Positions 23,348 to 31,289 of a stretch of 32,000 nucleotides of DNA are shown here, piece by piece (position 1 is the stretch's first letter; every line of letters starts with the position of its first letter). The stretch spans positions 52,520 to 84,519 of the forward strand of contig JALDYI010000003.1 in NCBI GenBank assembly GCA_032154105.1, in the 5' to 3' direction. The translations under genes and the position numbers were made by a program. The DNA is from Candidatus Saccharimonadota bacterium (GTDB taxonomy: Bacteria; Patescibacteriota; Saccharimonadia; Saccharimonadales; Saccharimonadaceae). The notes below the pieces were generated by a model that saw nothing but the letters and a program-made list of their open reading frames with translations, ran no database searches and was not told the DNA's origin.

Positions 23348-23905
23348 ATGAAAACGATCGAGCCACTTCATCACCAGCCAGCGCCAGCCGATGACACAAA
23401 TACAACCTCACCAGAAATGTCCCCGCTCTCATCAGCCACACCCTACCAAGAAACGCCATCAGTCATACCAGCACCCATGAGTATCGACTCGCAGTGGCAA
23501 ACCAGACAAGAGTACGCAGCAAATCGACCCTCAGACGACCAAACCGTGCGCCAACACATAGACGGCACCCGGCTCTTTGCCTATGCGCTTGCAATCAGTG
23601 TGTTCGTGCTACTCCTTGCTAATATCACTCCACTTGGTGATTTATTTGCAAGCTCAATCGTTGATAGCCGAACAGGAAAAACTATCTCATCCAACCCGCT
23701 CGCGGCAATTGCGCTCGTTGCGACTATCACCTCGTATTTCAGCCTCTTGATTACCGCCATAGTGAAACGAGTTCGAGCCAAGCAATCAAAGGGCGGCATG
23801 ATCGCCCTTTTGGTCACCAGTATTCTCGTCGTCTTCAACCCAATTAGCGCAATCATCCTACTAATGGCTTTTGTCTGCAATCTATCACCATGTCAATCGA
23901 CCTAG
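23348..23905 (+). CDS. Hypothetical membrane protein (disordered N-terminus, about three TM helices)
   Basis: A roughly 75-aa Pro/Ser/Thr/Gln-rich N-terminus, then three hydrophobic helices. The 3' end overlaps the UbiA-family gene by 16 nt, which suggests translational coupling. Confidence 0.6.
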   Translation: MKTIEPLHHQPAPADDTNTTSPEMSPLSSATPYQETPSVIPAPMSIDSQWQTRQEYAANRPSDDQTVRQHIDGTRLFAYALAISVFVLLLANITPLGDLFASSIVDSRTGKTISSNPLAAIALVATITSYFSLLITAIVKRVRAKQSKGGMIALLVTSILVVFNPISAIILLMAFVCNLSPCQST

Positions 23906-24819
23906 CTCAATCAGCTCCTGAAAGAGTTCGCGCCATTCCATCTCACCTGCCTTTTATTGAGCAGTTATATTTTCTCGGCAGGCCATTCAACGCCACCCTC
24001 CCTCTAGTTCTCAGTCTATGTGGGTATTATCTTGCGACCGGCGCCGTGACACCAATTGATTCATCAGTTTACACCTTGTTTGTCTGTATGTTCCTTATTC
24101 ACGCCGGCTTTACGATTCTCAATGATATCGCAGATAGAGCGATCGATCGCGACAACAGCGTGCGGACGCGTATTACGACAGGAACACTCCGCCAGGTGAA
24201 GCAGCTTGGGTATGGTGCGGCAGGAATTATTGCAGTCGGTATTGCCATAGCGATAACATTACCACCCACAACCTTTGGCGCAATTATCCTTACGGTACTC
24301 CTGTCATTTTGCTACAACCATCGCCCGCTACAATTATCACGACGTCCCATAGGATCTATCGTCACACTGGGAATTCTCTACGGCCTTCTGCCGCTCTTTG
24401 CCGGTTATTTTCTCGTAGCATCGCACCTCACTCCAGCACTGTTATTTCTTGGTTTATTTTGGTTAGTAGGACGGATGAGCCTCTCATTACTCAAAGACTT
24501 CAAAGACAGCGCGGGTGACGCCAAGCATCATAAACAGACCTTCCTACTCCGCTACGGACCGTCCACGACTCTCCGACTAAGTGTCATCGGCGGTATCGTC
24601 GGCTATGTCGGTATTGCACTCGTTATCTGCAGCTTGGCCGACAGTACGATGGCGCAAATTGCGAGCATCGCAACCCTTTTTGCCGTCGGAGTCCTTTTTA
24701 TCTATCAACGCTTGAAACTTTTAGCACCCCATAGCAATATCGATATGCTATTTGACCGTCTTACAGTACTACAGCTCTTTGTTGATGGAGTATCCTTGGC
24801 GTGGCTGATGGTTTTATAG
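23890..24819 (+). CDS. UbiA-superfamily prenyltransferase
   Basis: First Asp-rich motif NDIADRAIDRDN, second motif LKDFKDSAGDAKHHKQTFLLRYG, and 8-9 TM helices. Confidence 0.8.
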   Translation: MSIDLAQSAPERVRAIPSHLPFIEQLYFLGRPFNATLPLVLSLCGYYLATGAVTPIDSSVYTLFVCMFLIHAGFTILNDIADRAIDRDNSVRTRITTGTLRQVKQLGYGAAGIIAVGIAIAITLPPTTFGAIILTVLLSFCYNHRPLQLSRRPIGSIVTLGILYGLLPLFAGYFLVASHLTPALLFLGLFWLVGRMSLSLLKDFKDSAGDAKHHKQTFLLRYGPSTTLRLSVIGGIVGYVGIALVICSLADSTMAQIASIATLFAVGVLFIYQRLKLLAPHSNIDMLFDRLTVLQLFVDGVSLAWLMVL

Positions 24820-25493
24820 CTTATTTACAGCACTTCGTATTCGTCTTTGGCTGTATGGTTCTTTTCTTTGCACCATTTATGGCTGTTTTCTATGTTCGTC
24901 ATCGCCAGGCAATCCGTGAAAAAAAGCCGCACTTCAACCAATTCATGGAGCTATTTTTCCAGAGCAAACCATCTAATTTTCTGGTTCTTTTTTGGGCAAT
25001 GGGCGAAGCAATTTTCTGGTTCATTATTCCTGAGTTTCTACTTCTGCTTTTTATATTCATGCGCATTAAACGCAAAAAAGCCCTCCTCCTCTACGATGTG
25101 TTAGGCACGACTGCCGGTACCATTATTGGTCTTGTTTTCGTCATACCCCACTCCATACTCTTGCAAGTTCCCTATATATTTCCAAATATGATCACTCAGG
25201 TACAACAATGGTACGAGCAAAGCGGAATATGGGCACTCTTATACCAGCCGTTTTCAGGGGTGCCGTACAAAGTATTTATCGCCGAAATGCACACCTACGG
25301 ACTTCCGATAATTGCCTTCATACTCCTGGCTGTTACTGTACGTATCGCACGCTACGCCATTGCCTACTATTTACTGGTTGTGATGTATCCGGCATTTCAT
25401 AAGTTTGTTCAGAAGCATTACAGCATACTTTTTATTATTGGAATCGCCCTCTTCACATTCATGCTTATGCGCGTATCGACAACCTACAGTTAG
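24801..25493 (+). CDS. DedA/YqaA-like (VTT-domain-like) membrane protein
   Basis: By eye it resembles YqaA/DedA architecture: GEAIFWFIIPEFLLLLF ... LGTTAGTIIG ... QPFSGVPYKVF...VRIARYAI. The start is uncertain: GTG 24801 overlaps the UbiA gene by 19 nt, and the first ATG is at 24855. Confidence 0.5.
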   Translation: MADGFIAYLQHFVFVFGCMVLFFAPFMAVFYVRHRQAIREKKPHFNQFMELFFQSKPSNFLVLFWAMGEAIFWFIIPEFLLLLFIFMRIKRKKALLLYDVLGTTAGTIIGLVFVIPHSILLQVPYIFPNMITQVQQWYEQSGIWALLYQPFSGVPYKVFIAEMHTYGLPIIAFILLAVTVRIARYAIAYYLLVVMYPAFHKFVQKHYSILFIIGIALFTFMLMRVSTTYS

Positions 25494-25497
25494 TTAG

Positions 25498-26157
25498 TTA
25501 ATTATCGACACCAAAGTCAGATAGCGTCTGAGCAGCGGCAATATCCCACTCGGCAATGCTCGTACGACGCAGCTGCGTGCAGTACGCGCCGGTGCCAAGC
25601 GTCGCCCCGATGTCGCTAGCGAGACTACGAATGTAGGTGCCGCTCGATACATGGGTGCGAATTTTCACCTCCGGATACGTATAATCAATAAGCTCGAGAC
25701 TAAATACCGATACAGTTCGTAGTGGAATCTCCACCTCTTGCCCATCACGCGCCAACTTATACGCCCGCTGGCCGTCAATTTTGATCGCGCTGAAGATCGG
25801 CGGCCGCTGCTCAATCTTGCCGGTCCATTGCTTGAGCGCAGCCTCTACTGCTTCAAGTGGCGGCTGTACATTAGAAACCTCTGTTAGCTCACCCTCTGGG
25901 TCCCCGGTCGTACTGGTTTGCCCTAGGCGAATCGTTGCTTCGTACACCTTATCAAGCTTGGTGTAGTGCCCGGCATTTTTACACTCTTTGCCGATAACAA
26001 GGATCATAAGTCCGGTCGCAAATGGATCAAGCGTACCGGTATGCCCCACTTTCACTTTCTTGCCCGCCGCTTTACTCAGTACTCGACGAACGCGCGCCAC
26101 CACACCAAAGCTCGTCATCTCGGCTGGCTTGTCTATAAGAATAATTCCATCTGTCAT
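25498..26157 (-). CDS. truB: tRNA pseudouridine(55) synthase TruB
   Basis: GIILIDKP...TSF..V...R, the catalytic motif GHTGTLDPFATGLM, and a short C-terminus without a full PUA domain. Confidence 0.9.
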   Translation of the reverse strand: MTDGIILIDKPAEMTSFGVVARVRRVLSKAAGKKVKVGHTGTLDPFATGLMILVIGKECKNAGHYTKLDKVYEATIRLGQTSTTGDPEGELTEVSNVQPPLEAVEAALKQWTGKIEQRPPIFSAIKIDGQRAYKLARDGQEVEIPLRTVSVFSLELIDYTYPEVKIRTHVSSGTYIRSLASDIGATLGTGAYCTQLRRTSIAEWDIAAAQTLSDFGVDN

Positions 26158-26164
26158 ATCTTAC

Positions 26165-26176
26165 CTAGTATACTAG
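26165..26176. promoter_or_regulatory. 12-bp perfect palindrome carrying overlapping divergent -10 hexamers (truB / PIG-L intergenic)
   Basis: CTAGTATACTAG. TATACT on the + strand (26169-26174) lies 6 nt before the ATG at 26181. TATACT on the - strand (26172..26167) lies 9 nt before the truB ATG at 26157. The whole intergenic region is only 23 bp. Confidence 0.4.
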
Positions 26177-26180
26177 ACTC

Positions 26181-26867
26181 ATGAAAAAGATTATTTTTGG
26201 TATTTTCGCCCATCCCGACGACGAAGCCTTTGGGCCTGCCGGTACACTTTTAATGGAGACGCGAGCTGGTGCCGAGCTACACCTCGTCACACTCACCACT
26301 GGACAAGCTGGGACAAATCCAGATAATCACCCTGACCTTGGCGCTGTGCGCGAGCAAGAATGGCGCGAAGCCGGCAAATTAATTGGCGCCACCAGCATGC
26401 ACGCCTTTGGATTCCAGGATGGTCATCTCGATAACATCGCCATGCAAGAGGCGGTTGCACAGATTACCGCTTTCGTAGGCGATGTCCTTGCTGCTGCCGA
26501 CCAAGATACTGTTGTTGAGTTCATGTCGATTGACACCAACGGTATTACCGGGCATATCGATCACATTGTAGCTAGTCGCGCCGCTTGCCTTGTCTTTTAC
26601 CGTCTCAAACCCCACGATCCTCGCGTCACCCGGCTACGCCTTGCCTGTATCACTAAAGACCGGCTGCCGGAGGTCAACACCGACTGGCTCTATATGGACG
26701 CCGGCCGCCGCCCTGATGAGATAGGTGAAGTCATTGATGCCCGCCAGTACCGCGATGATATTATTGCGATCATGCGTGCCCACCATACCCAGCGCGCCGA
26801 TTGTGAAGCAAGCCTCGCTCGCCAAGGCGAGATGCTCGGTATGAATTATTTCATCGTTCACCACTAA
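26181..26867 (+). CDS. PIG-L / LmbE-family N-acetylglucosaminyl deacetylase
   Basis: N-terminal FAHPDDEAFGPAGT and zinc-site GHIDHI motifs. Confidence 0.8.
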   Translation: MKKIIFGIFAHPDDEAFGPAGTLLMETRAGAELHLVTLTTGQAGTNPDNHPDLGAVREQEWREAGKLIGATSMHAFGFQDGHLDNIAMQEAVAQITAFVGDVLAAADQDTVVEFMSIDTNGITGHIDHIVASRAACLVFYRLKPHDPRVTRLRLACITKDRLPEVNTDWLYMDAGRRPDEIGEVIDARQYRDDIIAIMRAHHTQRADCEASLARQGEMLGMNYFIVHH

Positions 26868-26892
26868 AAAAGCCCCGTCTTGGGGCTTTTTC
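26866..26892. terminator. Bidirectional rho-independent terminator
   Basis: aaaaaagcccc gtct tggggcttttt: a 6-9 bp stem flanked by an A-run on the left and a T-run on the right. It sits exactly between the convergent stops at 26867 (+) and 26893 (-). Confidence 0.8.
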
Positions 26893-28701
26893 TTATTGAC
26901 CAGGGATTCGGAACTGGCCAGGGTTTGGCGCAGGTGGCTGCTGAGGGGCGTCAGGAGCGGCAGCTTGGCCAAAGATATCATCTAACTTATCGGCTGACAC
27001 CGCGCCGCTCGGACCTTGCATGGCGCCAAGGTCAGGTAGCGGAGGAAGTGTAGAAAAGTCTGGCATTGGAGGCATGCTTGGCATCACTGGTACTGCCGGA
27101 GTCGCGTCAAACGACAGCTGAGGATCCAATTGAGGCGCGTCAGCTATAGGCTGATTGTTAAGAGCCGCCTCGACCGCTGCGCGAGCCTCGTCGTGCTGAG
27201 CGCGATTTTGCTGGTCGATATCGGCTAGCGTTGGAGCGGGAGATGAAACCGGTTCGTCTGATTGAATACTAACTGGCTCAAGTGGCGCAGCGTGCGCAGT
27301 CGCCTGAGCAGAAGGTGCAACTGCCTCGGCAAACGGATCAACCGTCGCAGGCTCGTCGTCGGCCTTAGTAGCTGCATTTAGCGGTGACTGAAAGGTGGGC
27401 TGTGAATCACCAACATAATCACCCGTACCATGTGTCAGAATCGTTCGATTGCGATCATCCTCTTCTTCGCGGCGACGATCATCCGCCGCTTGCTCGGTAG
27501 TAGCATTCAGCGTACCGCCAAGCTGTGGCTCGCTTGATTGTGGCTGCCAGTTACTCACGGCGCCGCTGAGCTGCTCAGAATCTGCAGCCTGTGCTACCTC
27601 CTCGCTTGCACTCGCAATATCTTGCTGGAGATCGGCAACCGATGGCAAGTCTGCCGCAGTTGCAGCCTTTGTTGCTTCGAGCTGCTCGGCTAGTTGATCC
27701 TCGGCTACACGCGCAGCTTCTTCTTGCTTTTCGGCAATAACCTCAGCGCCAACAGCTTCGATATCGCCAACTTTTTCGTGAGAAATCGAAAGTGAGCCGT
27801 CATTCTTCTTTTTTAAGGTTGGCTCTTGTGGGCTCGGGGCTGTTTTATCAAGTTTAGTTGACTGACCTTCCTCAAGGTTTGTCGTGCCATCGCTACCAAT
27901 AGACGGTGCATCCGTGTCGTCGTCCTTTGGACCAATTTCATGCGCTTCTTGAAGCTTCGCTGCAATAAGTTGCTGATTAGCACCAGCCGCCATGAGCTGC
28001 GCGGCCATTGTCATGACCCGTGATGAGGTGCGATTATTACTAAACCGATCTGTCGCCGCCACAATACCAGTAAGAAACGCTGTTGCGGTCTGCTCGTCAA
28101 GCGCTACCTTGTCGGTCTTGAGCGCTTCGCTCAGGCTGACAAGCATTTCGCTAAGGCTACTTGCGTTGTCGTCATGCCAGGCAAGACTACCAAGATCACT
28201 CACATTATCGCCAGCAGTCAATGTTGCCACTGTTGCATCGTGCAAGATTCGACCATGTGCAGCAAGCGCCGTGTCGAGATGATCTTTGTTCTTTACGCCA
28301 AGTGCAATCACGAGCTCAACATTATAGTCACCCTGGCTAAAATCAAGGTCGTCACTACTGATTGTCGTACGATACGGTGTAATAAAGATCTTTACGACGT
28401 CACCTTCTACTTTGTAACGCAGGTGGTCTGCCTTTTCTTTATCAAGAGCGATAATGAAATCACGAAGACTATCAACACTGTTTTCAAATGTTTTCTCAGG
28501 ATCAAGGAAATTGATCGCCGGAGGCAATTCCCCACTTACGACAGCAGTCGCATGCTTATTGAGCTTATTAAGCAGCAGTGTCAAACCGAGCGCAGCCGAC
28601 AGCTCATCAACAGACGGGTCAGTACTAACGGTCACTAAAATATTGGTCGAATTCTTAATTCGCTCAACAATCTGCTGCTTGACGTTCGTCCCTTCATTCA
28701 T
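26893..28701 (-). CDS. DHH-fold (NrnA-like) protein with degenerate catalytic motifs and a long Pro/Ala/Gln-rich disordered C-terminal region
   Basis: The N-terminal roughly 250 aa align by eye with NrnA-type DHH proteins (NILVTVSTDPSVDELSAALGL; SSLSEMLVSLS; FLTGIVAATDRFSN). The positions of H..H, DHH and the DTG aspartate read V..S, TAG and AAT. Residues from about 250 to 602 are low-complexity, ending PPAPNPGQFRIPGQ. Confidence 0.6.
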   Translation of the reverse strand: MNEGTNVKQQIVERIKNSTNILVTVSTDPSVDELSAALGLTLLLNKLNKHATAVVSGELPPAINFLDPEKTFENSVDSLRDFIIALDKEKADHLRYKVEGDVVKIFITPYRTTISSDDLDFSQGDYNVELVIALGVKNKDHLDTALAAHGRILHDATVATLTAGDNVSDLGSLAWHDDNASSLSEMLVSLSEALKTDKVALDEQTATAFLTGIVAATDRFSNNRTSSRVMTMAAQLMAAGANQQLIAAKLQEAHEIGPKDDDTDAPSIGSDGTTNLEEGQSTKLDKTAPSPQEPTLKKKNDGSLSISHEKVGDIEAVGAEVIAEKQEEAARVAEDQLAEQLEATKAATAADLPSVADLQQDIASASEEVAQAADSEQLSGAVSNWQPQSSEPQLGGTLNATTEQAADDRRREEEDDRNRTILTHGTGDYVGDSQPTFQSPLNAATKADDEPATVDPFAEAVAPSAQATAHAAPLEPVSIQSDEPVSSPAPTLADIDQQNRAQHDEARAAVEAALNNQPIADAPQLDPQLSFDATPAVPVMPSMPPMPDFSTLPPLPDLGAMQGPSGAVSADKLDDIFGQAAAPDAPQQPPAPNPGQFRIPGQ

Positions 28702-28799
28702 GTGGGTGATTTCCTAATTATATCTACGTGTTTATGTCTTTTTAGAGTTTGCTGTCACTATACCATAAGTAGTTTCCTATCGTCAACAAGCCCAACCGC

Positions 28800-28828
28800 T
28801 TTACTTTTTGACGTTTTTCCCCTATAAT
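28800..28828 (+). promoter_or_regulatory. Candidate promoter of rpsT
   Basis: TTTACT (28800-28805), a 17-nt spacer, then TATAAT (28823-28828), about 45 nt upstream of the ATG at 28874. Confidence 0.45.
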
Positions 28829-28873
28829 CACTCGTTGATTGTATATATAAATCTTATAAGCAAAAGGAACACC

Positions 28874-29281
28874 ATGCCAATCATCAAATCAGCCATCAAA
28901 CGAGCTAAACAAACTATCGTTCGCCGCGAGCGTAACGTTGGTATCAAGCGTGATATCAAAGAAGCAACGAAGGCATTTCTTGCAAAGCCAACAGCTGAAG
29001 GTCTTTCAAAGGCTCACAGCGAACTTGATACTGCCGTTAAGAAAAAACTGCTTAAGAAAAACACTGTTGCTCGCCGCAAAGCTAGCCTCGCTAAGGTTGC
29101 TAAGGATGCTGGTGTAAAGCTTGCGACTACTAAGAAAGCTGCTGCCCCTAAGGCCGCTGCAAAGCCTGCTGCTAAACCTGCTACAAAGACAGCCACTACT
29201 AAGAAGCCAGCTGCAACAAAAACTCCTGCAGCCAAAAAACCTGCCACGAAGAAGCCTGCTACTAAAAAAGCCGACAAATAG
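28874..29281 (+). CDS. rpsT: 30S ribosomal protein S20 with a Lys/Ala/Pro-rich C-terminal extension
   Basis: MPIIKSAIKRAKQTIVRRERN is the canonical S20 N-terminus (track ORF trimmed from 28808). AAGGA Shine-Dalgarno upstream. Residues from about 81 to 135 are AKP/TKKP repeats. Confidence 0.9.
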   Translation: MPIIKSAIKRAKQTIVRRERNVGIKRDIKEATKAFLAKPTAEGLSKAHSELDTAVKKKLLKKNTVARRKASLAKVAKDAGVKLATTKKAAAPKAAAKPAAKPATKTATTKKPAATKTPAAKKPATKKPATKKADK

Positions 29282-29303
29282 TAGCCTTCTCTATTCCACC
29301 ATG

Positions 29304-29332
29304 TAGCCCTACGTAGTCCGTAGGGCTATTTT
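29304..29332 (+). terminator. Rho-independent terminator of rpsT
   Basis: Perfect 10-bp stem tagccctacg (29304-29313) / cgtagggcta (29319-29328) with a 5-nt loop, followed by TTTT. Confidence 0.8.
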
Positions 29333-29342
29333 ATAAGCTTGA

Positions 29343-30329
29343 CTATGAGCCTTTATGAAGGTCAACGAACTCACGAGGTGTCATGCGCGCATACTCTCCC
29401 GTAATAGGATGTTTAGAGATAACATTTGCCATAGCCACGGGTATCGGCTTAGTATGACCCGACGACTTAAAGTGACGCGCAACCGCTCCACGCCCAAGAT
29501 GAGTGCCATTATCAGAGGCTGGCTGAAAATAATCAGGACGAGCTGGCACCTCGATAATAGTATTGCCATAGCGCTGAGCTACCCCACCAAGGAACCAGTC
29601 AACTCCACCGTTATTATCGTGACCATCATCAGTTACAATATATTCATCACCCTCTCGACTGGCAATATAGCCAGTCTCAAGATGACTAGCTATTTCGCCA
29701 AGGTCTGTTGCTCGGTAAGCCGCATCGGTCTGTAACTCTAATTCACCAAGCCGTATTGCAATCGTATCACGCCCTCCTGCACGCAGGCCTTCGCTCAAAG
29801 TCATAGGCTCCCCTCGTCGTATTTTATCTTGAGCTGCGTTTTTTAACTCATCTTCCGACCGTGGCATCAACGCGGTGTCGAAATTACCCGTCTCAACATT
29901 AATACCGATACCCATGAATGGATCTTCAAGCATTTGCATCAGGTTCTCGACACTCTCTTGGCCGCGCGCAACAAACAAATCCCCAAGCGGCTTAGCGAGA
30001 AGTTCTGTCTGAGTGTCCACAAGACTTCGTCTCGTGTGCTCTCCGCCACGACTCATCTCCTCAAGCCCAACCAAGACAGCAGCCTCTGCATCTTCTTTTG
30101 GGATATGACCACTATCAAAACTCTCGTCTGCGTCAACCACCAATCCAGCTACCTCTTCGTCAATATCACCGTCGCCTTCGGAGATAAGAGCAAGTACATT
30201 ACCAGCATTTTCAACACGTCCCAGTGCGGCTTTTATTTCAGCGTCTTCGAGACTCATCTCCAAAGATTCAGCCGCAGGCTGCATCCGATACGCTTCGCTA
30301 GAATGGTTAGTAATGTAATGTTCGGTCAT
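29343..30329 (-). CDS. Hypothetical protein (acidic N-terminal half; C-terminal half with no family I recognise)
   Basis: A 328-aa ORF with no competing ORF. I count about 24 D/E in the first 100 aa. The C-terminal roughly 130 aa is Gly/His-rich (DDGHDNNGGVDWFLGG...GTHLGRGAVARHFKSSGHTKP). Confidence 0.55.
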   Translation of the reverse strand: MTEHYITNHSSEAYRMQPAAESLEMSLEDAEIKAALGRVENAGNVLALISEGDGDIDEEVAGLVVDADESFDSGHIPKEDAEAAVLVGLEEMSRGGEHTRRSLVDTQTELLAKPLGDLFVARGQESVENLMQMLEDPFMGIGINVETGNFDTALMPRSEDELKNAAQDKIRRGEPMTLSEGLRAGGRDTIAIRLGELELQTDAAYRATDLGEIASHLETGYIASREGDEYIVTDDGHDNNGGVDWFLGGVAQRYGNTIIEVPARPDYFQPASDNGTHLGRGAVARHFKSSGHTKPIPVAMANVISKHPITGEYARMTPREFVDLHKGS

Positions 30330-30380
30330 GTTTGTTTTTGTTGCTTTATAGATTGACTATACATTAAAATATCTAATATG

Positions 30381-31289
30381 TCAAGCACTAGCGATTTTTA
30401 GAAGTGCCCGTTCAATCAATAACCATGGCTCGGCAGCCGATGTCTTCATGGCCGTATCAGCCTCGGCAAACGCCCGAATTACCTTTCTGTTCCCTGCCTC
30501 GCCAAGTCGCTTTGCATGTGAGCCTAACTTTGATACGGCATACGGATGTGCGCCGATATCTTTTGCGATCTCAGCACTCGGCTTGTCGCCAACCGTAAGC
30601 GCAAGCAGCTGCACCGCCTGCCCTGACAGTAGTCCAAATACCCGGTACGGATCTTCTGTAAGCTCAAGTGTAGCTATCATGTGCATGACACTCTTTGAAT
30701 CACCACGAAGTGCCGTTTCAAACAAGTTAAAGACATTTTCAGTTGGACTCAGCTCGACAACATCCTGAATAATCTCAGAAGTTACCTCATCGAGAACCGA
30801 TAGTTTTTCTAGGGCGCGGTATATCGCCCACTGATCAACCCCAACCCGCGCAACCACCAAGCGAGCATTACTAGCCTCAAGCGACAGGCCAAGTGTCTTG
30901 GCCTCAGCCTGAGCCCACTTTTCAGCTAGCATGCCGTCGCGTTCGCCCCACGGCTTAAACTCTTCAACTTTCGCCACCTTTACTATGTCTTTATACGTCT
31001 TTGTACGCTTATCGGGCTTGGGTTCAACTAGCACAAGCTGAACATCGTCAGACACTCGCGCCAGCCAGTCGCTCAGCACTGGCCAGATTGTCTTATTGTC
31101 AGACAATGCCTTTATCACCACAAGACGCTGGGTCGCAAATAGCGTCCCGCCCATCAGAAGATCGGGTAGCTGCTTGAGCTCCAATTCGCTGCCATCGATT
31201 CGCTCGGCCACACCATCAAACGTAGCGACGATCTTGCGTAGCGCCCTCTCAAGCTCAAAACTATTTTCACCAGTTAGTACCGTTATCAT
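30381..31289 (-). CDS. holA: DNA polymerase III subunit delta
   Basis: 302 aa. MITVLTGENSFELERAL... and the overall helical C-terminal layout are typical of HolA. TATACT (31303..31298) lies 8 nt upstream of the ATG. Confidence 0.75.
   Translation of the reverse strand: MITVLTGENSFELERALRKIVATFDGVAERIDGSELELKQLPDLLMGGTLFATQRLVVIKALSDNKTIWPVLSDWLARVSDDVQLVLVEPKPDKRTKTYKDIVKVAKVEEFKPWGERDGMLAEKWAQAEAKTLGLSLEASNARLVVARVGVDQWAIYRALEKLSVLDEVTSEIIQDVVELSPTENVFNLFETALRGDSKSVMHMIATLELTEDPYRVFGLLSGQAVQLLALTVGDKPSAEIAKDIGAHPYAVSKLGSHAKRLGEAGNRKVIRAFAEADTAMKTSAAEPWLLIERALLKIASA

Noticed and set aside
27449-29277. Antisense ORFs inside low-complexity coding regions (27449..27697, 27992..28282, 28174..28638, 29014..29277).
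   Set aside because: They mirror the Ala/Pro/Lys-rich or Gln/Ala-rich repeats of the DHH-like protein and the S20 tail. Codon-repeat symmetry keeps the opposite strand open, and there is no independent evidence for them.
29343-29800. A possible ADP-ribosyltransferase-like R-S-E pattern in the C-terminal half of the 328-aa orphan (YRAT ... YIASRE ... IIEVP).
   Set aside because: The spacing between the putative Arg and Ser motifs (about 17 aa) is far shorter than in known ART folds, and there is no ExE/QxE motif. The evidence is too weak to make the call.
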